This document shows positions 1 through 10,768 of a stretch of 64,000 bases of DNA, one piece after another. The stretch covers positions 22,405-86,404 of the forward strand of contig LBTE01000005.1 in the NCBI GenBank assembly GCA_000989955.1. Direction: 5' to 3'. Source of the DNA: a candidate division TM6 bacterium GW2011_GWF2_37_49 (GTDB lineage: Bacteria > Babelota > Babeliae > Babelales > RVW-14). Numbering within the stretch: the first letter of the stretch is position 1; every line of letters starts with the position of its first letter. The notes under the pieces were generated by a model. It was not told the DNA's origin and did not search any database. It saw only the letters and a program-made list of their open reading frames with translations. A program made the translations under genes and the position numbers.

Positions 1-2130
1 AGTGGTCTGCAAGTGCAAGAATCAATGTTGACGGGCGAATCAAACCACGTTGCAAAGAATGCTGAAATAATACATAAAAAAATGCCTGTTTCGGATCGAT
101 CAAACATGGTTTTTGCAGGTACTTTTGTTTTAGCTGGAAAGGGCGAGGGAATTGTTGTCGAGACTGGCTGCAGAACGTATCTTGGATACATTGCAGAAAT
201 GGTTGCAAAGGCAAAGGACGAGGATACCCCACTTCAAACTCAAATCGGTAAATTTTCTTGGTTTTTAGCAGTTTTAATGATTTCTATTTCTACAATTGTT
301 TTGATTATTGGCGTAATTTATGGCATTGATCTTCCAAAAATAGTGGCAATTGCTGTTGCTCTTGCCGTTGCATCTGTTCCGGAGGGTTTGATCGTGACAG
401 TTACTGCAATTTTGGCCGTTGGAATGCAGAGAATGCTCAAGCGCAAAGTGCTTGTCAGAAACTTGGTTGCGGCCGAAACTTTAGGCAGCGTTTCTGTGAT
501 TTGTACAGATAAAACTGGAACAATCACCGAAGGGGAGATGCTTGTCAGTGAAATTGTTACAGCAACAGAAAATTTTAAAATTGATTATTCATCGGAAGAT
601 GATATTCAAGTTTCTCCAGAAATAAAAAAAATATTGACATTTGCATGTCTAAATAACGATGCACAGCACCAACCAGATGAAGAAATCTTTCATGGCAATG
701 CAACAGATGTTGCTCTTTTGCATGTCGCTATGAAATTTAATTTAGATGTCAACGATATCAGGGATAGGTATGTGCGTATCAATGAGCAGCCATTTTCGCC
801 CGATACCAAGTTCATGGTTACTTTGCACAGATTTGAGGATAGAATAAATAAATTAATTTTAAAAGGTGCTCCTGAACGAGTTTTTGAATTTTGTGATAAT
901 GATTCGGATTTAATATTTTATAGGGAACAGCTTAAAATTTTGGCGGGTCAGGGTTTAAGGATTATAGCCGTTGCTGTACGCCTTGTAGATAACTCGGAAA
1001 TTCAATCAAATTTGTGCGGCATGAAACTGCTAGGGCTTTTAGGCATCAAAGATCCATTGAGACCTCAAGCCAGACAAACTATTCGCGAATTGAAAGCTGC
1101 CGGCATAAAGTTGGTCTTGGTTACTGGAGATCATCCAGCAACAGCGCTTGAGATTGCGTTAGAGGCTGGATTAGACGCAAGTCCTGAAAAAGTAATAACA
1201 GGCACGCAACTTGAGGATATGTCCGATGATGATTTAAGAAAAAATATTGAAAATGTAAATATTTTTGCTCGAGTTGAACCAACACATAAAATAAGAATAG
1301 TTGAGGCTTTCAAATATGTTGGTAAATCCGTTGCCATGATTGGAGACGGCGTTAACGATGCTCCTGCTCTGAAAGCTGCAGATATCGGCGTTGCTCTAGG
1401 CTCTGGATCAGATGTTGCATACGAGGTCTCAGATATGATTTTGCTGAACAATAATCTGTCTTCGATAAGCGCCGCAGTTCGGGAAGGTAGAGTTATTTTT
1501 GATAACATTCAAAAAATTTTAGTATTTTTAGTTTCTTACAGCTTTAGCGCAGTTATGGTCATATCTGGATCAATTTTATTTAATCTGCCACTGCCGTTGT
1601 TTGCGATTCAAATTTTATGGATAAACCTAATTCAGCATGGATTTATGCACATAGCTCTTATTTTTGAACCTGGAGCGCCGGATATAATGAAACGGCCTCC
1701 TCGTGCTAAATTCGAACCAATTTTAAACTATGACATGAAGATTTTGATTTTTTTAATGGGAATTGTAACAGACCTTGGATTGTTCGCGGTTTATGTTGCA
1801 TTATTAAAGTTAAATTTTCCGATAGACCACATTCGAACAATCATTTTTACAGCCTTGGCGTATGATTCATTATTTTATGTATTTGCTGTTAAAAATTTTA
1901 GAAAATCACTTTTTGAAATCAATTTATTTGACAACATGTGGTTAATTTGGGCCACCATTGCCGGGTTTATTGCTCAACTTGCAGCGTTGTATATCCCATT
2001 CTTACAAAACTTATTTCAAGCTTCTCATATTTCATGCTTTGAATGGGGAATAATTTTATTGATATCTTTAGCAAAGGTTGTTGTCATCGAGATAGCAAAA
2101 AAGTTTTTTATTAAAAAATCTATAAATTGA
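1..2130 (+). CDS. P-type cation-transporting ATPase (P2/Ca2+-ATPase-like), 5' end cut by window edge
   Basis: The frame is open from base 1 (..SGLQVQESMLTGES..). Motifs: DKTGT phosphorylation site (CTDKTGTITEGEM), PEGL in TM4, TGDHPATA, GDGVNDAPALKAADIG hinge, C-terminal TM helices. TGA stop at 2128-2130. Confidence 0.92.
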   Translation, partial: SGLQVQESMLTGESNHVAKNAEIIHKKMPVSDRSNMVFAGTFVLAGKGEGIVVETGCRTYLGYIAEMVAKAKDEDTPLQTQIGKFSWFLAVLMISISTIVLIIGVIYGIDLPKIVAIAVALAVASVPEGLIVTVTAILAVGMQRMLKRKVLVRNLVAAETLGSVSVICTDKTGTITEGEMLVSEIVTATENFKIDYSSEDDIQVSPEIKKILTFACLNNDAQHQPDEEIFHGNATDVALLHVAMKFNLDVNDIRDRYVRINEQPFSPDTKFMVTLHRFEDRINKLILKGAPERVFEFCDNDSDLIFYREQLKILAGQGLRIIAVAVRLVDNSEIQSNLCGMKLLGLLGIKDPLRPQARQTIRELKAAGIKLVLVTGDHPATALEIALEAGLDASPEKVITGTQLEDMSDDDLRKNIENVNIFARVEPTHKIRIVEAFKYVGKSVAMIGDGVNDAPALKAADIGVALGSGSDVAYEVSDMILLNNNLSSISAAVREGRVIFDNIQKILVFLVSYSFSAVMVISGSILFNLPLPLFAIQILWINLIQHGFMHIALIFEPGAPDIMKRPPRAKFEPILNYDMKILIFLMGIVTDLGLFAVYVALLKLNFPIDHIRTIIFTALAYDSLFYVFAVKNFRKSLFEINLFDNMWLIWATIAGFIAQLAALYIPFLQNLFQASHISCFEWGIILLISLAKVVVIEIAKKFFIKKSIN

Positions 2131-2217
2131 CAATCTAATTTATTCAGAGTTAATACTGTATGTAGTCATTTTTTGGAAGGGCGGGATTAACCACTCTTTT
2201 TTATGGGAGGAAGTGTT

Positions 2218-3102
2218 ATGACAATTCGTTGCGCTTGCTTAATATTTTTATTTTTATTTGGTGGTGTCGGATGTAGTTTATATGCTATGGATCCTGCAAG
2301 TGATCCAACTTCAAGAGAATACTTAGAAACTCTTTTAGCTCAACGTAAAAATTATGATTTACAGCAGGCTCTTTATAATCACTTTGATAAACTGCATACA
2401 CCATGGATAGGTGAATGGCTATTCGAAAAGATTAAAGGAGATCATTTTGGAAATATAGTGCTTCTATATTTTGATATTCGATGGTATGTGCAAAGTAATG
2501 GGCTAAAGCCTGAAAATTTCACATCTTTTTTTGAAGATCTGATGATGTTTATTTTTAGATTTTATCAAGATACGAGCGTTTGCGCTGTCAGAGAAAGGTG
2601 TGAGGCTGTAGCAAATTATGATTTTTTAGTTAAAACGAAGATAGCTAGTTGGGCTAAATATGCATTTGATAGCTATTGTGGTCATCAAAGTGCTGGATTT
2701 AATTCTATTTTTGAGATAGTAAAATCCAAATTTGGAATATCAACAAATAGATACAATGGCAGTCTTTCATACGCTACGTTCAAAATAATCCCACAATCAC
2801 CTGCATTGATATGTTCTATGCAGCGATCATTGTGGAGTTGGGTTGGTATTTATCCGGATACAATTTATTTTTGTGATCCAACGCAAGCGGTTATGAAAAT
2901 GGTTGAGGGCGACGGTGGCTGTGAAGGCCAAATGGTTCATGAAATAAGAGTAGCTGCCACTGAAAAATTTATATCGTTTCTAAACTGGATAATATTTGAT
3001 CCATCAAATCAACAACTTAAAAACGGAGAAAAGTGGGCCAAAATGTTCAGTAAATCATTTAAAGAGATATGCGAAACTGAGTGGGTTGTTGGAATGGTAT
3101 AA
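2218..3102 (+). CDS. hypothetical exported protein (possible lipoprotein)
   Basis: ATG at 2218 is preceded by GGGAGG (2205-2210); the ORF-track ATG at 2203 lies inside that SD. The N-terminus MTIRCACLIFLFLFGGVGC is signal-peptide-like with a Cys. No domain recognised. Confidence 0.5.
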   Translation: MTIRCACLIFLFLFGGVGCSLYAMDPASDPTSREYLETLLAQRKNYDLQQALYNHFDKLHTPWIGEWLFEKIKGDHFGNIVLLYFDIRWYVQSNGLKPENFTSFFEDLMMFIFRFYQDTSVCAVRERCEAVANYDFLVKTKIASWAKYAFDSYCGHQSAGFNSIFEIVKSKFGISTNRYNGSLSYATFKIIPQSPALICSMQRSLWSWVGIYPDTIYFCDPTQAVMKMVEGDGGCEGQMVHEIRVAATEKFISFLNWIIFDPSNQQLKNGEKWAKMFSKSFKEICETEWVVGMV

Positions 3103-3167
3103 AATGAAGCGCGACACACTTTCTGTGATACTACACTTTTGTGTTTAACAAAATTATTTTACAATCT

Positions 3168-3428
3168 TTAACTATCCAACAAAACGGTTGCTATGTTATT
3201 TTCTACTCTAAATATTCCGCCCGATGAAACAATAATTTCATGTATAAAATTAGTTCCATGTTTTTTATAAATTAATTTGCTACCGTTGGCTACAATTGAT
3301 ACCAATGGACTATGGTCTGGACCTATCACAAAATTGCTTCTAACGCCCTGAACATCTATCCAGTCGATAGTTATGGATTCTGTGCTAGTTTGTGAGATTA
3401 TATTTAGATCAAAAAATTTAGAGTTCAT
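3168..3428 (-). CDS. atpC: F1 ATP synthase epsilon subunit, short form (beta-sandwich domain only)
   Basis: Lies immediately downstream of atpD. MNSKFFDLNIISQ..GVRSNFVIGPDHSPLVSIVANGSKLIYKK fits the epsilon pattern (G.fgilpgHaPl...L..G). The likely start is the ATG at 3428, after the atpD stop. Only about 86 aa, so the C-terminal helical hairpin is absent. Confidence 0.7.
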   Translation of the reverse strand: MNSKFFDLNIISQTSTESITIDWIDVQGVRSNFVIGPDHSPLVSIVANGSKLIYKKHGTNFIHEIIVSSGGIFRVENNIATVLLDS

Positions 3429-3435
3429 AAAGGTC

Positions 3436-4923
<1,488 letters not shown>

Positions 4924-5030
4924 TCAAAAGCATCATTAACTAACTTGCACAACTAAAACTATTTCAATAAATTAGACTTGTAAAGAGTATAAATAATAAA
5001 ATGTTAATTTATCAAAGGAAATTCAAAATT

Positions 5031-6149
5031 ATGAAGAAGTTTTTCAGGGCGTTACCTTTTTTATTTTTAATTTTTATTGGATGTGGTGACAAAAAATCTA
5101 AATTATTGCAAGCATCAAGCCAATCACAAGCGCAAATCGTTAAAAACTCCAAAACTCACCATATCTTCATCTTCATTCATGGCACAATCATTCCATATCC
5201 ATCACCTGTAAGCCTATTTGACTCAATAAAGAATACATTAAAAAGTGGTAGACGCGAAAAAATTTCATGGGAAGAGCGGTTTATTTATGAGCTACGGTTC
5301 AAAAGTATTTATAAATATCAGCCAATCCAAGAATATGGATTTCATCTGATTAACTTTGCTCCCGTTGAACCAAATTCCCCTTATTATTATAGTTTTGTAA
5401 CTGCAACGTTGTTTCAAAATGTTTTAAATAACATCAATTCTGAAATATTCTCAGACTCGTCGTTTTACACCTTCGGGTGGGATGGATGGCTCAGCAATCA
5501 AAGTCGCATAGATAACGCCAAAATTCTTTATCAAAGTCTGTTTGATGAGGTCAAAAAACTAAAAAGTCGATATGAAAATGTTAATATTACGATTTTGGCA
5601 CACAGTCATGGCGGAAATGTGGCTTTGAATATGGTAAATGCGTACAATAAACTAAAAAGCGATCTCCTGATCGATAAATTGATTTTGATTGGTACCCCTG
5701 TTCAAAGCGAGACTTCAAAATTTATTTTAAGTCCGATGTTTAAAAAAATTTACAGCTTTTATTCCGATAGCGACATAGTCCAGATAATCGATGTATTATC
5801 CACACAAGACTCAGCATCAAAGCGCCGTTTTAACAATATAACTCCTTTGCAAAACATGATTCAAATCGAGCTTATGGTTGGCAAAAAATGCCCTGCCCAT
5901 AACGAACTGTGGCTTTTTGGCGACAAATCAAACTGGCTGTATAGACACAAGCTTGAAACGTATCCGTTGCCAATTTTTATGTTTATTCCAACAATTTTGA
6001 ATTTCATTGAAAATAATTTGGCTGGCTCAAGAGATTTGTGTGTAGCTATTGATAAAAAAGATGAACAATTCACGATTTTATTCAAAGATAAAGATCGCAA
6101 GGATGTCCACAAAAACACTTTTTTGCCATCCGGCTTGCTTGTTTATTAA
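5031..6149 (+). CDS. lipoprotein with alpha/beta-hydrolase fold (putative esterase/lipase)
   Basis: ATG at 5031 follows AAGGAA. Lipobox LIFIGC. IFIFIHGT (oxyanion-hole-like HG) and nucleophile elbow ILAHSHGGN (A-x-S-x-G). Confidence 0.6.
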   Translation: MKKFFRALPFLFLIFIGCGDKKSKLLQASSQSQAQIVKNSKTHHIFIFIHGTIIPYPSPVSLFDSIKNTLKSGRREKISWEERFIYELRFKSIYKYQPIQEYGFHLINFAPVEPNSPYYYSFVTATLFQNVLNNINSEIFSDSSFYTFGWDGWLSNQSRIDNAKILYQSLFDEVKKLKSRYENVNITILAHSHGGNVALNMVNAYNKLKSDLLIDKLILIGTPVQSETSKFILSPMFKKIYSFYSDSDIVQIIDVLSTQDSASKRRFNNITPLQNMIQIELMVGKKCPAHNELWLFGDKSNWLYRHKLETYPLPIFMFIPTILNFIENNLAGSRDLCVAIDKKDEQFTILFKDKDRKDVHKNTFLPSGLLVY

Positions 6150-6228
6150 AGTCATAAAACTTACTAAACATTATTTAGCGCAATTTCTAATCTTTTGACT
6201 AAAAAAATTCATGCTGTCACGGCACGCA

Positions 6229-6386
6229 GCTTTATTATGATAAATAGGTGCATACATTGATATGTTTGCTTCAAACCTTCGTATGTATCGGCTTTGCAAA
6301 GAAATTGGCAAGTTTTTAGATGCCAGCTTCCAGCACTGATTGGTTCGTAGTTGCAGAGTAATTTTTTTGAAAATTGTAAAAAGTCG
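6229..6386 (-). repeat. dispersed intergenic repeat family, copy R1 (reverse orientation)
   Basis: The reverse complement reads ACTTTTTACAATTTTCAAAAA..GAACCAATCAGTGCTGGAAGCTGGCATCTAAAAACTTGCCAATTTCTTTGCAAAGCCGATAC..ATCAATGTATGCACC, which are the same ordered blocks as the other copies. Boundaries are approximate. Confidence 0.75.
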
Positions 6387-6447
6387 AGGTAGTATTGAAA
6401 TATTTGATTGGCATGTTTTTGCGGAGCGCAGTGTTTGATGTGTGCGA

Positions 6448-7305
6448 TCAGATCGCGTAACCGGTGTTATTGAGTCTTAAAAGATTGACGCCTTTTTCTT
6501 CGGCCGTTCGTTTGAGATTAAAATATTCACGCCAGGCATGCTTTTTAAATTTGCTGCCATCAAAATACGGCAGTGAAAGCTCTCGGATGTCTAATCTTGA
6601 GCAGCATTCTTGTCCGGCCTTGAATGTTCTGTATCCTGGCCGCAAAAGAATGAGTGAGTCGATGTTTATCTTGCCAGTGTTTTTTATCAAAAATTGCCTT
6701 ATATCGTAATCGACGAGTTTGTCAACTGATTGATGCTTGTTAAAAAAGCCGTTGTCCACGAATTTTACTTTAAAATTTTCATCGATATCCACCATTAATT
6801 TGCCGTCGGCAAAACATTTTGTCGTATGTTTATGCACAAAATACGGGAATACTGTTAAGCCAAGTACGACAGAAAAAAGAAGAGTACTCATCGTTATTGT
6901 TTTAAATATCGCCGACTTGAAGCGGATTAAATATAAGATGCCGAACGAAAGAGTTGGAATCATAATTAAAATTGCTGTGTGAGGTTTATAAAAGCCGTAC
7001 AGCCAGCTTCTTTTGCCAAGTTCAAGAAAACTGATCCACGAGTGGGATATTATTTTTAAGATTGAAATCAAAAGTTGGTTTGGTATGTGCAAAATTTGCG
7101 CAAAAAAGATTAGCGAGCTGATGATCAAAAATGCTATTAAAACCGGAGCAAAAATGAGGTTGCCAACAAACGTCATAAGCGAGGTTGGCAGGCCCCATCC
7201 AACAAGTATCGGAATGGAAACAATTGAAACAACAAGCTGTGCTTGAATAAACGAGGTGATGTAGTTTGAGAAGTATTTGTAGGTCTTTGTTTTTAAATTT
7301 TTCAT
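6448..7305 (-). CDS. ComEC/Rec2-family membrane protein (short, competence-domain-like)
   Basis: The N-terminal half has several TM helices with the competence-domain pattern (FIQAQLVVSIVSIPILVGWGLPTSLMTFVGNLIFAPVL). The soluble C-terminal ~115 aa is not recognisably a metallo-beta-lactamase. Confidence 0.45.
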   Translation of the reverse strand: MKNLKTKTYKYFSNYITSFIQAQLVVSIVSIPILVGWGLPTSLMTFVGNLIFAPVLIAFLIISSLIFFAQILHIPNQLLISILKIISHSWISFLELGKRSWLYGFYKPHTAILIMIPTLSFGILYLIRFKSAIFKTITMSTLLFSVVLGLTVFPYFVHKHTTKCFADGKLMVDIDENFKVKFVDNGFFNKHQSVDKLVDYDIRQFLIKNTGKINIDSLILLRPGYRTFKAGQECCSRLDIRELSLPYFDGSKFKKHAWREYFNLKRTAEEKGVNLLRLNNTGYAI

Positions 7306-7310
7306 AAATT

Positions 7311-7401
7311 GCGTTCGTACCCGTTCGACTCCGCTACGCTTCGCTCAGGGCGAACGCGTTTTATTATCGTTCGTGGTGAGCGAAGTCGAATCCATACGAA
7401 C
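7311..7401. repeat. two inverted palindromic units (CGTTCG...CGAACG type) overlapping the 3' end of holB
   Basis: Unit 7311-7358 is GCGTTCGTACCCGTTCGACTCCGCTACGCTTCGCTCAGGGCGAACGCG. Unit 7367-7401 (..CGTTCGTGGTGAGCGAAGTCGAATCCATACGAACG) is an inverted, shorter copy. Each is closed by CGTTCG(T)/(A)CGAACG. A 13-nt fragment CACGAACGATAAT recurs at 50549-50561. Confidence 0.55.
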
Positions 7402-8172
7402 GACAGAAAAATCAAGGTAAAGCAGCTTCCAAAACAGGCCTGCGCTTCCTGATGCTGGCGGAGTTTTTAGCCGTTTTTGCACAATTTGTAGACCCTGGGT
7501 AAAGAATAGCTTCTGGTCTTGCAAATGTGGATCTGTGTAACAAACCGAAACTTTTTTTATAAAATATTCCATCAATGTTTGGCAGAGCTCTGTGCTTTCA
7601 TTGTCCGACAGATGCAGTTTTTTTAGCTCTTGATCAAAACTTACCGGCTCTGGTAAAGAATTTTTGACAGCAAAATATTTTAGAAGTTGGTGGTCTAAAA
7701 TTTGTTCTGAGTGAGTTTGTGCTTGTACAACGAACGATCGAGATAAAATGGTTGGCAAAATTAAATTTGTATTATCAGTCAAAAGTATGAAATTATAGCC
7801 AACAGGCGGATCTTCCAGCACCTTTAAAATTTTATTTGCGGATGCTGAGTTTAAGTTTTGTGCTTTATCTAACACGAAAAAAAATGATTGTCCATCGTCA
7901 AGTGCAAATCTTGTTTTATCAAAAATTGCGTCCATGTCATCGACGGAGTAGTCTTTTTCGGGGCATAACCACAATAAAAATGGGTGTTGGCGATTTTTAA
8001 TTTTTCTGCATTCCGTGCAAAAGCATGATTTCTGTAATGCAAAATCTGATTGTTGTAAGCAAAACCTGCTTTGCAACGCTATTTCGACAACATCTCTGAC
8101 TTTGTCGATGTTGCCAACGACCAGGCGCGTTGGAATTGGTGAATTAATGATTTGATTTGCTAATTTTTCCAT
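7345..8172 (-). CDS. holB: DNA polymerase III delta' subunit
   Basis: Cys cluster CFCTECRKIKNRQHPF, then VLDKAQNLNSASANKILKVLEDPPVGYNFILLT..ILPTILSRSF (delta' box pattern). Conserved tmk-holB gene order. The last ~20 codons (..VVRMDSTSLTTNDNKTRSP) are read from the palindromic repeat. Confidence 0.8.
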   Translation of the reverse strand: MEKLANQIINSPIPTRLVVGNIDKVRDVVEIALQSRFCLQQSDFALQKSCFCTECRKIKNRQHPFLLWLCPEKDYSVDDMDAIFDKTRFALDDGQSFFFVLDKAQNLNSASANKILKVLEDPPVGYNFILLTDNTNLILPTILSRSFVVQAQTHSEQILDHQLLKYFAVKNSLPEPVSFDQELKKLHLSDNESTELCQTLMEYFIKKVSVCYTDPHLQDQKLFFTQGLQIVQKRLKTPPASGSAGLFWKLLYLDFSVVRMDSTSLTTNDNKTRSP

Positions 8173-8228
8173 AAATTGTCTTTCACTATTACAGCGGTGT
8201 ATTCCTGGATCCCATTACAACCGTTTTA

Positions 8229-8259
8229 CCTGGATTCCCGGTTAAGCCGGGAATGACGT
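8229..8259 (-). repeat. hairpin repeat, variant of the GIY-YIG-associated unit (inverted orientation)
   Basis: CCTGGATTCCCGGTTAAGCCGGGAATGACGT has an 8-bp stem ATTCCCGG/CCGGGAAT. Its reverse complement aligns with the 8289-8317 unit (ACGTC.T.C.CG....GG.A.CCAG). Confidence 0.6.
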
Positions 8260-8288
8260 TATGTGTAGGACAATGAAAACTTCACGTT

Positions 8289-8317
8289 ACGTCGTCCTCG
8301 CGAAAGCGGGGACCCAG
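8289..8317 (+). repeat. orphan copy of the GIY-YIG-flanking hairpin repeat
   Basis: ACGTCGTCCTCGCGAAAGCGGGGACCCAG is identical over 29 nt to the left arm at 18453-18481. Confidence 0.9.
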
Positions 8318-8359
8318 CCCAGAATCAAATTAAAGCTATCAATAAAAACTTGACACACA

Positions 8360-8989
8360 TCACCAAAAGTTCAATCCATTCAATGATGTTTTTAACATGT
8401 CGGCCTGACTAAGGCTGCCATCGATAACGGTCACGTTGCTGCGCTGAGCGTAGAGTTCTTCGTAGCCATGAATTACCTTGTTCCAAAAATCAATTTTTTC
8501 ATTCTCGATGGTCCACGTTGATGTCGACAATTCCTCGCATCGTTTAGCTATTCTAGCAAGCGCTGTTTGGGCGTCTATTTTTACGTACAAAACAGCGTCT
8601 GGTTGAATGTTGTTTGTTGTCCATGAATTTATAGATTTTATCACCGAAATATCAAGGCCGCGGCCATAACCTTGGTATGCGACAGATGAGTCTGCCCATC
8701 GGTCCGATATAACGACTTTTCCTTGTTCTAGCGCTGGTAAAATTATTTGTATGTAATGTTGTGCCCTGTCTGCTGCATACAAAAGATATTCAGCCTTGCC
8801 GCAAGTTGGGTCTGATTGTGTTTTTAAGATGTTGCGTAATTGTTGTCCAAGTTGTGACCCTCCAGGTTCTTTGGTCAGAAGCACGGAATCCACGTGCTTC
8901 TGAAGATTTTGAACCAAATTCTGTGCGAGCGTTGACTTGCCCGAGCCATCAATGCCTTCGATTGTTATAAATTTGCCTGAGTACTTCAT
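8360..8989 (-). CDS. tmk: thymidylate kinase
   Basis: FITIEGIDGSGKST P-loop, LTKEPGG, DR..DSS.AYQG pattern, 209 aa. Confidence 0.93.
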   Translation of the reverse strand: MKYSGKFITIEGIDGSGKSTLAQNLVQNLQKHVDSVLLTKEPGGSQLGQQLRNILKTQSDPTCGKAEYLLYAADRAQHYIQIILPALEQGKVVISDRWADSSVAYQGYGRGLDISVIKSINSWTTNNIQPDAVLYVKIDAQTALARIAKRCEELSTSTWTIENEKIDFWNKVIHGYEELYAQRSNVTVIDGSLSQADMLKTSLNGLNFW

Positions 8990-9012
8990 TCATCCATCCA
9001 TCTCTTTAAAAT

Positions 9013-10182
9013 TTACAGCTCGGTTTGTAGCTTTTTGAAGACTTGAATTATGTATTCAATTTCTTGATCTTCAAGCTCTGGCCAGATTGGAAGACACAAA
9101 ACTGTTTGTACTAGTTTATCTGCGATAGGGCATTCATTTTTGAGCTCTTTCGCTGTTTGCAAAAAGCTGATTGAATCAAGCGTTTGAGGATAGAATATTC
9201 TTGTTGGTACGCCATTGTCTGCCAAATATTTTTCAACAAATGCGCGGTCTGCTCCGTCGATCTGAATTGAGTATTGATGGAAAACATGGGTGCCGATTTT
9301 AGTTTTTGGAGTCTTAATAAATTTAATGCCGGCTAAACCTTTGCAGTATTTATCAGCTATTTCTCTTCGTCGAGTGTTCCATGAATCGATGTAATTAAGT
9401 TTTAGTGTTAAAATAGCTGCCTGGATGCCGTCAAGTCTGCTGTTAATTCCAGCCTCTTCGTAATTGTAGTGAGACTTTCTGCCGTGGTTGCGGATTCGTG
9501 TAATTTTTTCGGCAAGAATAGGATCGTTTGTTACGCAGCAGCCAGCATCTCCGTAGGCTCCCAAGTTTTTGGTTGGATAAAAAGAAAAACAACCAACCAC
9601 GCCAAAGTTGCCCGATTTTTTACCGTTAATCTCTGCGCCGACGGCTTGAGCAACGTCTTCAACTATCCACAAATTCCATTCGTTGGCAATCTTTTGAATT
9701 TCGCTGTAGTCTGCGCACTGGCCAAAAATATCTACTGCCAAAATACCTTGAATAAACCTGCCTGTTGATGTGTGTATGGTTTTACCGTCTTTAATTTTTG
9801 CATTTTTTTGTAACCAGTTATTTAAGTTTTTTGTGCAGATATTAAATGTTTCTGGATCGATGTCAATGAATACTGGTTGTCCGCCGAGTGCTGCAATTTC
9901 GCTGCTGGATGCGATAAATGAGAATGGAGTTGTAAGAACGATAGCATCTTTTTGTAGGCATAGTGCTCGCAAAGCAAGTTGTAACGCGTCTGTGCCAGAG
10001 TTGCAGCTGATAACGTGTTTGGCGCCGGTATATTCAGCCATTTTTGTTTCAAATTCAGCAACAAAATCTCCTCCAATGAATTGTTGCGATTGTAGAACGG
10101 CATCAATTGTTTGTTTGAGTTTTTGGTCCAAATTTTTTACTTGTCTTGCAAGAGAAAAGAAACTTACATTTTGCTTATTCAT
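9013..10182 (-). CDS. DegT/DnrJ/EryC1/StrS-family PLP-dependent sugar aminotransferase
   Basis: QQFIGGDFVAEFETKMAEYTGAKHVISCNSGTDALQLALRAL, then FSFYPTKNLGAYGDAG (PLP-Lys region). 389 aa. Confidence 0.88.
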   Translation of the reverse strand: MNKQNVSFFSLARQVKNLDQKLKQTIDAVLQSQQFIGGDFVAEFETKMAEYTGAKHVISCNSGTDALQLALRALCLQKDAIVLTTPFSFIASSSEIAALGGQPVFIDIDPETFNICTKNLNNWLQKNAKIKDGKTIHTSTGRFIQGILAVDIFGQCADYSEIQKIANEWNLWIVEDVAQAVGAEINGKKSGNFGVVGCFSFYPTKNLGAYGDAGCCVTNDPILAEKITRIRNHGRKSHYNYEEAGINSRLDGIQAAILTLKLNYIDSWNTRRREIADKYCKGLAGIKFIKTPKTKIGTHVFHQYSIQIDGADRAFVEKYLADNGVPTRIFYPQTLDSISFLQTAKELKNECPIADKLVQTVLCLPIWPELEDQEIEYIIQVFKKLQTEL

Positions 10183-10768
10183 TCAGGAAACTCCTTAAAT
10201 TTTTTAAAATATTTACTTTCATCTAAATATTTGAGTTAAATTGTAGCCACTTGTTAAAACCGTAAAGAGATATTATAGAAATTAAAGATGTAAAACATAT
10301 TAAATGTACTAAATATTTTGAAAAGAGGAAATGGTTTTTGGCTTTCAATCCTGACAATAATTTCATTTTGACATATCTAGTTGCAGAAAATGCTTCAAAT
10401 TTGACCTTGACATTTGCTGTGTAAGGGCTAGTTTTATTCTTGAATGAAGTCAGCATCACTGCTTTGTGAGAAAGGGGAGAGGATATGATGAGTTCAGTTA
10501 ACAATTCTTATCAACAGATATCTATTCTTTCAGTATTTTTTTTAATTCAGTTATTTAAATTTTGCGAGTGTATTTTAATAAATTTATGGCTTGGGCAATT
10601 ATCATTGTTACAGCTTTGCGCCCTGGCTTTTCATTATTGGGTTGAGGTTTTTGGCTCCAAAAACTTTAATTTAAAGAAAGGAGGGTACGCAGACTACGAT
10701 TTCCAAGTTGCATAAATACAAAAATAGTTGGTATTTTTTTAGGTTAACCCTAAAAAGGAGTTGTGATA

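Noticed and set aside
10223..10715. ORFs 10223-10504 (-) and 10485-10715 (+) in the 580-bp leader upstream of the giant gene
   Set aside because: They have AT-rich, Phe/Leu/Ile/Lys-dominated translations, no SD, and they overlap each other. The region is more likely promoter and 5'-UTR space.
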